This document shows, piece by piece, positions 39,132 through 47,769 of a DNA stretch of 64,000 bases; positions within the stretch are counted from its first letter, which is position 1; every line of letters begins with the position of its first letter. The DNA is from Candidatus Pacearchaeota archaeon (GTDB taxonomy: Archaea > Nanobdellota > Nanobdellia > Pacearchaeales > GW2011-AR1), in contig JBNLCO010000008.1 of NCBI GenBank assembly GCA_050303855.1, positions 1,236-65,235 on the forward strand, read 5' to 3'. The notes under the pieces are model-generated. The model saw only the letters and a program-made list of their open reading frames with translations. It was not told the origin of the DNA and did no database searches. The position numbers and the translations under genes are program-made.

Positions 39132-39712
39132 CGTTTTTTCTTTTTGATAAAAGATCTTTTTCCATAAATATTCCTCCACATTTTGGCGACGTCCTGTCTG
39201 GATCCAGGCTCTATTATTGACGGAATCTCTAGATCAATATTTAGGAATTTACACGGGCCTTGAAAATCTTTGAAGTTATTGGTAGAAATGCAAGAAATTC
39301 CGGCTACATGGTAAATTGCAATTATTCTTAAATCATTATCTCCAGAAGGCCATTTATTTCTTTCCCTCTCTTCACTCAACATTTTGAAAGTTTCATTAAC
39401 TTTGTCGGGGTCAACTTCTTTTTTCTTCAAGAGATTTATCCCATTCTTCCTTAAGAACTTAAAGATTTTCTTTTTATTAAATTGTACATTTGGATTTTTA
39501 CGAGACAATAAATTAATTAGTTCGCTAAATACAACATAGTTTGAGTAGAGAACATTGTTTTTCCTAACAACAGACGGTTTATAATCCCAGGTCAATTTCT
39601 CATTTTCCATCCAGGAGAAAGAGTTATCCGTATCTAAACCAATTTTCTTGATGATCTTATTTCTTACAACAGCTCTTCCAAGGCCAATTAATTTCCTTCT
39701 CTTTTTAGGCAT
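39128..39712 (-). CDS. PIN-domain protein
   Basis: GLDTD, V.SE, DNDLRII, STNNFKDF. Confidence 0.7.
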   Translation of the reverse strand: MPKKRRKLIGLGRAVVRNKIIKKIGLDTDNSFSWMENEKLTWDYKPSVVRKNNVLYSNYVVFSELINLLSRKNPNVQFNKKKIFKFLRKNGINLLKKKEVDPDKVNETFKMLSEERERNKWPSGDNDLRIIAIYHVAGISCISTNNFKDFQGPCKFLNIDLEIPSIIEPGSRQDVAKMWRNIYGKRSFIKKKKR

Positions 39713-39788
39713 AGTTCTTAATGGACCAGAAACTTAAAAGCTTATCTGTGTTAAGAAGGTTTAAATATCTAAATAAAGCCTCAATTTT

Positions 39789-40271
39789 ATGAAAAAAGTA
39801 TTTATTGGAGGAATTGTAATATTAGCTATATTCTTAATTGTATTATCATTCATTCCTTTAGGTATTGAGCCTCTAACTGAAGTATATTTTGAAAATCATA
39901 CTAAATTACCTGCATACTTGTTCTTGGATAGAGAATATAATTATTCGTTTACGGTTCATAATTTGGAATATCAACAAGTGAATTACAATTATACCATAGA
40001 TGCTTATAGTGAACGTGGGGACTTCTTATATAATATGGACAAAGGAGATTTTATCTTATTACATAACGAAACTGAGACAATTGATGAAACATTTGTTATG
40101 GATGAGCATTTCAATAGAACAAAAGTGGTTGTTTTAATAGAAAAGGACTTATCTGCAGAAACTCCAGAATTTAAGAAGAAATTATGGTGGCCAGATCCAA
40201 ATTATCCTACTGAAATAGATGTACATTTCTGGATTGAAGAAGTTACTGGACCTACAATAACATTTGAGTAA
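39789..40271 (+). CDS. DUF1616-like membrane-anchored protein
   Basis: TM, EPLTEVYF, VHNLE...Y.Y, VHFWI. Confidence 0.65.
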   Translation: MKKVFIGGIVILAIFLIVLSFIPLGIEPLTEVYFENHTKLPAYLFLDREYNYSFTVHNLEYQQVNYNYTIDAYSERGDFLYNMDKGDFILLHNETETIDETFVMDEHFNRTKVVVLIEKDLSAETPEFKKKLWWPDPNYPTEIDVHFWIEEVTGPTITFE

Positions 40272-40329
40272 TTAGTATATGGTTCTTAATCACAATAACC
40301 TTTAAATAGGTCCAGAATGGGATTAAATT

Positions 40330-41040
40330 ATGAATAAAACACGAAGTTTCATAATATTAGGACTATTTTTAGTGATGTCTTTAGGTCTTGCAAGTGCAAG
40401 TACTCTTGTTACAGGTGTTGTATATAATTCAGATTTCTCGGATGTTGTAAGTGATGCTTCTGTTGTAGTTAATTGTGATACATTAAGTATAAGCACAGAT
40501 TCTGGAAATGGTACTTTCAATCAAGATGGTATTTATGCCGTGATATTTAGCTCTGATTGTAATGATGTAAGTGTTTCTGCTTCAAAAGATGGATTATCTG
40601 GAAGTTCAAGTGCAATTGTCGGAGAATGTAATCAAGGAAATTGTAGTACTGAATATATTGCAGTTGGAAATCCTTCAATATCTGCTCCAGTAAATAACAA
40701 CAATGGAGGAAGCGGTGGTGGAAGTTCTGGAGGTTCAGGAGTATCATCTGGTGGGACAGGCGGATCAACAGTTCCTTTTTACTTATGTGGTAATGGTGTT
40801 TGTGATACAGGTGAGACAGTTACATCATGTCCTCAAGATTGTGTAGTTGAATCAACAAACGAAACTACAACTCAAGAAGATACAAATTCAAACGGTAGAA
40901 GGGGTATTACAGGTGCGGTTATTGGTGCGGTTACAAGTACTGGTGGAATAATTATTATTGTAGTGATAGTATTATTAGGGGTTTCTTCAGGGATATACTT
41001 TTCTAAAAAAAGAAAGCTTGCTAAAGTTGATGCTGACTAA
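40330..41040 (+). CDS. Surface protein: PEF-CTERM-like passenger domain, Gly linker, CGNGVC repeat, GITGAVI + TM
   Basis: Signal peptide; N-terminal similarity to 19502 and 27251 proteins. Confidence 0.75.
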   Translation: MNKTRSFIILGLFLVMSLGLASASTLVTGVVYNSDFSDVVSDASVVVNCDTLSISTDSGNGTFNQDGIYAVIFSSDCNDVSVSASKDGLSGSSSAIVGECNQGNCSTEYIAVGNPSISAPVNNNNGGSGGGSSGGSGVSSGGTGGSTVPFYLCGNGVCDTGETVTSCPQDCVVESTNETTTQEDTNSNGRRGITGAVIGAVTSTGGIIIIVVIVLLGVSSGIYFSKKRKLAKVDAD

Positions 41041-41140
41041 TTATGAAATTGTTTTCATTTGAAAAATTAAGTTTTATGAGGGTATAAACTATTTTGTTAA
41101 GCGTACAAATATTTAAAAAGAATAAAACTATAATTTTTGA

Positions 41141-44100
41141 ATGGGTGATAGCAAAAGAGGTTTGGTGTTTTTATTTTCCCTAATTGTTTTCATCGGATTA
41201 TTCTCGTTTATGGGTAGTGTTTCTGCTATCGATCAAGGAATTTCTTGTGAGAGTGATGTTGATTGTACTTCTTTAGATTTAACTTATTGTTCTTTAGATT
41301 TATTAGTTGATCAAGTTGGTGTTTGTAATCAAAACACAAGTCTTTGTGAGATATCAAATTCTTCTGTTGTTGATTGTGCTGTTGGAGGAGAATTAGATTC
41401 TTCTTGTTATGTTTCTCCGTTAGGAACTTGTAACTCTGAAACTCTTTCTTGTGATTCTCCTGTTCTTGATGAAGACGAGGAGGGGCCTGTTACTTCTAAT
41501 ATAACTATTACTAAAGTTCTTGGAACTTGTCAGGTAAATATAATGAGTACTGAGACAGACACATGTTCTGTTGTTACAGCTGCTGAATATTTCGTCGGTA
41601 GCTGTGGAGATGAAGGCACTGGAGATGCCCTTAACGTAACTGACGGAATTTATGATTCTCTTGTGGAACAAGTTATGAAGAATAAGGTTGGAGTTTCTGA
41701 TGGTAGTATTGATATTTATGTTAGGGGACAGGATGCTTTAGGAAATTGGGGACAGTGTGAACAAGTTACTTTTGCTTCTGATTGTTTACCGGTAGATTAT
41801 CCTACATGCGCTATAGGAAATACAAATCCAAATGCAGAATATGCTCCTGGGATAAATGTAAATGGTCAGTGTAATGCTGAAGAACTCCTTATATGTGGAA
41901 ATGATCCAGAAATAACTGCAAATATATGTGATTCTGAATCTTTAATACAATTAGCTGAATACTTTATTGATGACATGCCTTTAACTAATTGGCAAGGAAT
42001 CAATATGAGTGCAATTGATGGTTCTTTCTATGATGAAGCTTGTGAGGATGTGAGTGCTACAGTAGATATATCTGAATTGATACAAGGAACACACTATATT
42101 CAATTGCACGGTAAAGATACTCAAGAGAATTGGGGTAAGTTGCCTAACTCTCCAACTGTTTCTTTCATAAAAGATACTGATGCTCCAAATACAACTAAAA
42201 CAATTTCTTTTGCTGATAATATATCTAAAGAATGTGATTTCCAAGAAGCTAATGGAAACGAATTAACTGATGGATGTTATTATGTCAAACCTGGAACAAA
42301 TATAACTTTAAGTGCTATTGATCCGGATACTATTGATCATGAGATTGCAGGAAGCCCTGTAGTTCATTACAATATTTATTATAGTGAAGATTGTACTATT
42401 GCTGAACCTGAATGGACTTTACAGAGTTCTGGAGAAGGAAATCCAAATGAAGATGTTAGTTTAACTTTAGAAGAAGATTCTTGTCACTTAATTGAATACT
42501 GGGCAACAGACTTATGTGTAAATGAAGAAGAACACCATTATGAACTAGATATTGTTGATTCAAAAGCTCCTGTTTCTGAGAAAACTTTAGGATATCCTAA
42601 AGTGGAATGTTCTCAAGATGTTAAAGATTTAGTAGGAGAGGAAGATTGTTGGTATGTTAATACTAGTTCTCAAGTTGAATTATCTTGTGAAGATTCTCAA
42701 CCACATCCAATTGATGATGTCTCAATATATTATAGAATAGGATGGAAAGAAACATTTGAAGATGATTATGATTGGTCGGATTATAGTGTTTACGAAGGAA
42801 GCTTTAGTTATGAAGAAGACTCAATACACAAATTAGAATGGTCTTGTGTTGATGCTTTAGGAAATGTTGAAAATACTCATACTGAAATAGATATTGTTGA
42901 TTCTCAAGCTCCTGTATTCAATAAAGAATTAATTGGAGCAAAAGTTCCTGCAGAATGTAATGAAGAATATAACTTTGGATGTTATTATATTAACCAGAAT
43001 ACTTTGGTAAATGTTACTGCAGTTGATCCTGAACCTCATCCTTCTAATGATGTTGAAGTTTGGTGTGAATGGAGAGTTGTTTCAGAAAATGCAGGGGCAA
43101 TAAGAAAACCTTTCTTGGTTACAGAACCATTTAACTTTGAAGGAGATTCAGAACATCATTTACACTGTTGGGCTAATGATTCATTAGGAAATACGGCAGA
43201 CTTATGGGAATTGGATTATGTTGATTCACAACCTCCAATAACAACTAAGACTATTGAAGGTCCTAAATATACAGAGAATTGTATAGAAGAAGGATCTTGT
43301 TGGATAACTCAAGAATCCAATGTAACCTTAAGTTGTGAAGATCAACAACCTCATCCAGTTAACGACATTACGTTGTATTATAGAACAACACTTGATGGCG
43401 AAGTTTTAGAAGATTGGACTTCAAGCAAGGAAGATGTATTAATCAACTTTAATGAAGATTCAAATCATTCAATAGAATGGTATTGTGTTGATGCTTTAGG
43501 AAATGCGGAGGAATTACAGACTGAAAATGATACCGTAGATACTCAGGGTCCATCTATCTTTAAGTGGGTTAACGATACAACTGTTCAACCTGGCGATGAA
43601 GTACAAATATGTGCAAACATTACTGATTACAAGCAAACAGGAGATTTAGGGGTTGGTGTAAATGATAGTACTATTTGGGGAATTTTAACTTTAGGAAATG
43701 ATCCTTATGATGTTCCTTTAACACCTGCTGAAGGAAATACTTATTGTGGAACTTGGGTTGCTCCTCCAATTAATGAGAAATGTCATGACTACAAATGTTT
43801 ATGGGATTTACATGTAAATGCATCAGACCTTTTAGGAAATTATAATATTGAAAATGGTGTTCAGATAATTGTTGATAAAGCTAAACCAAAAGTTAAGTTT
43901 GTTTTGAATCCAACTTCAGGACAGTATTATAGAGATGGTAAACAATTCTCAGTTTACGCTCCTGCAATAGACTTTGGTGGAGATTGGAATATAAAGAATT
44001 ATGACCAGTGTAGAGCGAGTGGGGTTCTAGAATGTAGATGGTATGCAGTAGATTATCCATTTGAAGATATTAATCAGACAGAAATAAAGAACTATTGGGA

Positions 44101-45196
44101 TTATAAGTGGGCTCTTGGAGATGTATTTGATAACCCAGATGTAGTTTATCTTGGAAGTACTCCTTATGTTGATGGAATCTGTAAGGGAATAGTACAGATA
44201 CCAGAAGATAGTGGATTAACTGATAAAGCATTCTTAGCTTATGAAATTGAAGATAATGCAGGAAACATTAATGGAGATAATGAAACTCTTGCTAAAGATT
44301 TCAATGGGGATGCAATAATCTTAGATATTGATAACGAAGGACCAGGAATTGTAACAACTGATTTAGGGAATACACCGGGACCTTTAACTAGTGGAGATGT
44401 TGTAAGCTTAAAGGCAGAAGCGGTAGATTATCAATCAGGATTTGACGGATGTTATGCAGACCTTTACTCTTGTGATGAGAATGGATCTAACTGTGATGTT
44501 GATACGGGAATAAACTTAGACGGTGAATGGTATGGAGATGTATGTGAAATTAATGATATATTACCTACAAATACCCCTAACCAAGAGAGTATACAATCAG
44601 GATATTACAAGATAAAGATAAATGCAAGAGATGAATTAGGAAATATTGGATCTGATTGGGCTAGTTTAACTATTGATAACAAGAGACCAAATATGAGTAT
44701 TGTAAGTCCTGAAGAAGAAGGTGTTTACGGAGCTTTACTTCCAGTGTCATTACATATAGAAGATGATACAAATGTAGCAAGTGAAACTGTTAAGTTCAAG
44801 TTATCAGAGATTCCTGCAATAGGTAATTTATTCTGTGTATTCGGAAGTTGTGAGGAAACTGAGTGGTTAACTCTAACGGATCAAGGATCTGGAATATATG
44901 CAGATACAATAAACATAACAGAATATGGAATAAGCGGTCAGGGAAGATATGTTATGGATGCTGTTGCTTGTGATAACCTATATACTCCTGAACCGGATAC
45001 AGATTTAGGTTTCTCGATAGGAAACTCTAGAACAGATATGCATTGTAGAATGATAAGTGAACATGGGGGGGTAAGTAGTGAAGTAAGAACTCAGTGCTCA
45101 GATGGACTTGATAATGACGGTGATGGAAATATAGATTTAAATGATATTGGATGTGATAATCCATCAGACGACGATGAAACAGATATTATCGAATAA
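41141..45196 (+). CDS. Large secreted acidic Cys-rich protein with Ig-like repeats
   Basis: Signal peptide; repeated H.(I/L)EW.C.D.LGN.E....D.VD..AP units; terminal CSDGLDNDGDG..D..D.GC. Confidence 0.8.
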   Translation: MGDSKRGLVFLFSLIVFIGLFSFMGSVSAIDQGISCESDVDCTSLDLTYCSLDLLVDQVGVCNQNTSLCEISNSSVVDCAVGGELDSSCYVSPLGTCNSETLSCDSPVLDEDEEGPVTSNITITKVLGTCQVNIMSTETDTCSVVTAAEYFVGSCGDEGTGDALNVTDGIYDSLVEQVMKNKVGVSDGSIDIYVRGQDALGNWGQCEQVTFASDCLPVDYPTCAIGNTNPNAEYAPGINVNGQCNAEELLICGNDPEITANICDSESLIQLAEYFIDDMPLTNWQGINMSAIDGSFYDEACEDVSATVDISELIQGTHYIQLHGKDTQENWGKLPNSPTVSFIKDTDAPNTTKTISFADNISKECDFQEANGNELTDGCYYVKPGTNITLSAIDPDTIDHEIAGSPVVHYNIYYSEDCTIAEPEWTLQSSGEGNPNEDVSLTLEEDSCHLIEYWATDLCVNEEEHHYELDIVDSKAPVSEKTLGYPKVECSQDVKDLVGEEDCWYVNTSSQVELSCEDSQPHPIDDVSIYYRIGWKETFEDDYDWSDYSVYEGSFSYEEDSIHKLEWSCVDALGNVENTHTEIDIVDSQAPVFNKELIGAKVPAECNEEYNFGCYYINQNTLVNVTAVDPEPHPSNDVEVWCEWRVVSENAGAIRKPFLVTEPFNFEGDSEHHLHCWANDSLGNTADLWELDYVDSQPPITTKTIEGPKYTENCIEEGSCWITQESNVTLSCEDQQPHPVNDITLYYRTTLDGEVLEDWTSSKEDVLINFNEDSNHSIEWYCVDALGNAEELQTENDTVDTQGPSIFKWVNDTTVQPGDEVQICANITDYKQTGDLGVGVNDSTIWGILTLGNDPYDVPLTPAEGNTYCGTWVAPPINEKCHDYKCLWDLHVNASDLLGNYNIENGVQIIVDKAKPKVKFVLNPTSGQYYRDGKQFSVYAPAIDFGGDWNIKNYDQCRASGVLECRWYAVDYPFEDINQTEIKNYWDYKWALGDVFDNPDVVYLGSTPYVDGICKGIVQIPEDSGLTDKAFLAYEIEDNAGNINGDNETLAKDFNGDAIILDIDNEGPGIVTTDLGNTPGPLTSGDVVSLKAEAVDYQSGFDGCYADLYSCDENGSNCDVDTGINLDGEWYGDVCEINDILPTNTPNQESIQSGYYKIKINARDELGNIGSDWASLTIDNKRPNMSIVSPEEEGVYGALLPVSLHIEDDTNVASETVKFKLSEIPAIGNLFCVFGSCEETEWLTLTDQGSGIYADTINITEYGISGQGRYVMDAVACDNLYTPEPDTDLGFSIGNSRTDMHCRMISEHGGVSSEVRTQCSDGLDNDGDGNIDLNDIGCDNPSDDDETDIIE

Positions 45197-45875
45197 AAAT
45201 TTTGTTTTTTTAATTTCATTCCTATTCCTTATAGGAGGGGTTTTAGCTAGTCAGCCGAGTGTTTGTATTGATGTGCAAAGTCCTTCTGCTCCTTCTAATT
45301 TAGTTGTTTCGGGAGATGTTATTCTAAGTTGGGATGCTGTCTCAGATAAACCCGATTGTAGTGGAATAGATTATTATTTGATTTACAAAAATGGAGCTTA
45401 TATTGGAAAGACAAGCTCAACATCTTTTTCTGATACAGTGGATGGATCTTATACTTATGACGTATCTGCTGTAGATTTAGCGGGAAATATTGGATCTAAT
45501 GCGTCAGTAACATACACTCCTAGTCCTGTCCAATCGTCTGGGGGCGGCGGTGGAGGAGGCGGATCTTCTAGTAGTAGTTCATCTTCAAGCTCAAGTTCAG
45601 GCAGTTCAAGTTCTAATGGTAGTGCTAGCGTAAGCAGTTCAAATGCAGGTGGAAGTAGTTCTAACGAAGGATTTTCAGGAATGAACTCTAGTGAAAGTGA
45701 GAGTAAAGGTTCTTCTGCTGGAATAACTGGTAATGCTATTGCAAATTTTTCAAAGTCTAAGGCAGGAAAGGGTATTCTGGTTGTAATATTAATAGTTGTT
45801 TTACTAGGATTGTCTTATTTTGGAAGGAAGAAGAAAGATAAGCTTGAGGAAGTAAAGGAAGAAGAGAAGAAATAA
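45174..45875 (+). CDS. Fibronectin type III-like surface protein with Ser-rich linker, GITGNAI + TM
   Basis: PSAPSNL, LSWDA, Y.Y.VSAVD.AGN. Confidence 0.75.
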   Translation: MKQILSNKNFVFLISFLFLIGGVLASQPSVCIDVQSPSAPSNLVVSGDVILSWDAVSDKPDCSGIDYYLIYKNGAYIGKTSSTSFSDTVDGSYTYDVSAVDLAGNIGSNASVTYTPSPVQSSGGGGGGGGSSSSSSSSSSSSGSSSSNGSASVSSSNAGGSSSNEGFSGMNSSESESKGSSAGITGNAIANFSKSKAGKGILVVILIVVLLGLSYFGRKKKDKLEEVKEEEKK

Positions 45876-45927
45876 GTATATTCTTTAAGATAAATATGCT
45901 TTTAAAAGGTTGATCTGTTGACTTTTT

Positions 45928-46740
45928 ATGGTTAGAAAGATTTTTCTTATATTTGCGGCAATTATGATCCTTGGATTTGTTTCTGCGCTATATTGTGGAA
46001 ATGTTGTTAGTTTAAGATACTCTTATTCAAATTCTTATGGAACGGGTATTGCAATAGGCCAGAATGGGAGCTGGATCGATGGAGATGTTGTTCTAGAAGA
46101 GGGGATTAGTGAGATAAAATATATTTTTGATAGTGAGAAAAGTGGTTCAGTTGGAGATATTAACGTGGTTTTATGGCTAGATGATGTGGTTATAGAAAAT
46201 TATACTAAATATATGAACAAAGAGCATTCGAAGAAAGTTTATCTTAATACTACGGGAATTTGTGGAATTCATGAAATTAAGTTAAGAGTCTATAAAGAAT
46301 ACGATTGTGTAACTGGAGATAATAATGCTACAAGAGAAATATATGTAAATTGTTCTATTCCTACACCTCCTGTAAATAATACAACTAATACCACGACAAA
46401 TTCTACAAATACTAGTTCAAACACAACAAATACTACCCCGAATTCAGTTACTAAGAAGTCTTCTAGTCCAAATATTGTAGAGTATGAAGGATGTGTTCCT
46501 AATTGGGAATGTGAAGGTTGGGGAGAGTGTGATCAAAATGTTATGAATAGGGTTTGTTATGATACAAATAATTGTGATTTTAAGTACAATAAACCAATTG
46601 AATCAATGTATTGTGAAAAAGAGGTAATTAAACAATCCAATGTTCAAGAACAGAAGGACAGCGGTTGGATTTTTATTATTACTCCAATACTGCTCATAAT
46701 TCTTTTGTTATTGGTTCTTTTGGTAAGATTAGGAGAATAA
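45928..46740 (+). CDS. Surface protein with Thr/Asn linker, CxPNWxCxxWxxC domain and C-terminal TM
   Basis: Signal peptide, Cys-rich motif, TM. Confidence 0.75.
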   Translation: MVRKIFLIFAAIMILGFVSALYCGNVVSLRYSYSNSYGTGIAIGQNGSWIDGDVVLEEGISEIKYIFDSEKSGSVGDINVVLWLDDVVIENYTKYMNKEHSKKVYLNTTGICGIHEIKLRVYKEYDCVTGDNNATREIYVNCSIPTPPVNNTTNTTTNSTNTSSNTTNTTPNSVTKKSSSPNIVEYEGCVPNWECEGWGECDQNVMNRVCYDTNNCDFKYNKPIESMYCEKEVIKQSNVQEQKDSGWIFIITPILLIILLLLVLLVRLGE

Positions 46741-46741
46741 A

Positions 46742-47041
46742 ATGGAATTTTACGATAACCAGCTTGATTGTGGTGAGATGATTGAGTTTTGCAAGGAAGT
46801 TTATTTCTTTAACAATAAACAAAGTGATAGACCGAGTTTGATTAATAGAATGAAAAATAATGAGAAAGGTGTTAGAAAGCATGATCATAGTATTAGTCCA
46901 AGGAAGACGAATGTTTTTGTTAATAAAAAAATGAATTATTATCAAAGAAACATAGAAAGGATGTTTATTCTTAATCAGACCATTGAATTAAATGAGAAGG
47001 ACTTTTACTTAGGTGCAAAGTTCCCTATGGCTAAGAATTAA
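46742..47041 (+). CDS. Hypothetical protein
   Basis: 99-aa ORF tightly packed between neighbours. Confidence 0.5.
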   Translation: MEFYDNQLDCGEMIEFCKEVYFFNNKQSDRPSLINRMKNNEKGVRKHDHSISPRKTNVFVNKKMNYYQRNIERMFILNQTIELNEKDFYLGAKFPMAKN

Positions 47042-47042
47042 A

Positions 47043-47723
47043 ATGAAAAAGGCTCTATTGGGGTTAACTATTATGGGCCTTTTTATGCAAAATGGTTTAT
47101 CTCAGTGTGATCTGAATGAATCCAACTCCAAAAGGAATGAAAGTTCCTTAAAAGTTAGAGCAGAGGTTGGAAGGGATTTATTTGATATGGGATCAAGATC
47201 TTTGTATTCGGTTTTTGGAGTTAAAGCAGAATTGAGAAGGAAAAACATCTATAGTGATTTTGATACGAGGATAGATAATTTCGCAACAAATAGTTATTCG
47301 AATACAGGTCTTGGATATTATGTTTTTGATAAGAAAGGTCTATCTGTTGGTCCAAAGATATCATTTTTGATGAGACATCAAGAATTCTTTCCAGGGGAAG
47401 AAGTAAAGATATTTAATTTTAGAGATCAAATTGGGACCGGATTAAAAATTGATTATGGGAATAAATTAGAGGGTAACTTTGTTTTGTCTCCAAGCAAGAA
47501 CCCTTTATATGCTGCAGAGTGTTCTTGGAGTATAAAAGAAAGTGAATTAGAATTGTTTTCCAGAGGGAGTAAGGAAGAGGGAATTTGTTCGGGAGTAAAA
47601 TTCACAACAAGACCGTTTGGAGAATATTTTAGTCTATTTGGAGAGTATTCAATAAGACAGGGAGAAAGAGAAAAATTCCCGAGAGATTTCCTGAACTTTG
47701 GAATAACTTTCAAGGGAGATTGA
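47043..47723 (+). CDS. Secreted protein with amphipathic beta-strand pattern (beta-barrel-like)
   Basis: Signal peptide; alternating strands, ending FLNFGITFKGD. Confidence 0.6.
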   Translation: MKKALLGLTIMGLFMQNGLSQCDLNESNSKRNESSLKVRAEVGRDLFDMGSRSLYSVFGVKAELRRKNIYSDFDTRIDNFATNSYSNTGLGYYVFDKKGLSVGPKISFLMRHQEFFPGEEVKIFNFRDQIGTGLKIDYGNKLEGNFVLSPSKNPLYAAECSWSIKESELELFSRGSKEEGICSGVKFTTRPFGEYFSLFGEYSIRQGEREKFPRDFLNFGITFKGD

Positions 47724-47769
47724 TTCTTTTGGGGAACAAATTTATAAATAAGTGAATATAGTTAATAGA

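Noticed and set aside
45535..45720. Gly/Ser low-complexity DNA as a repeat element
   Set aside because: Ordinary flexible linker in a surface protein
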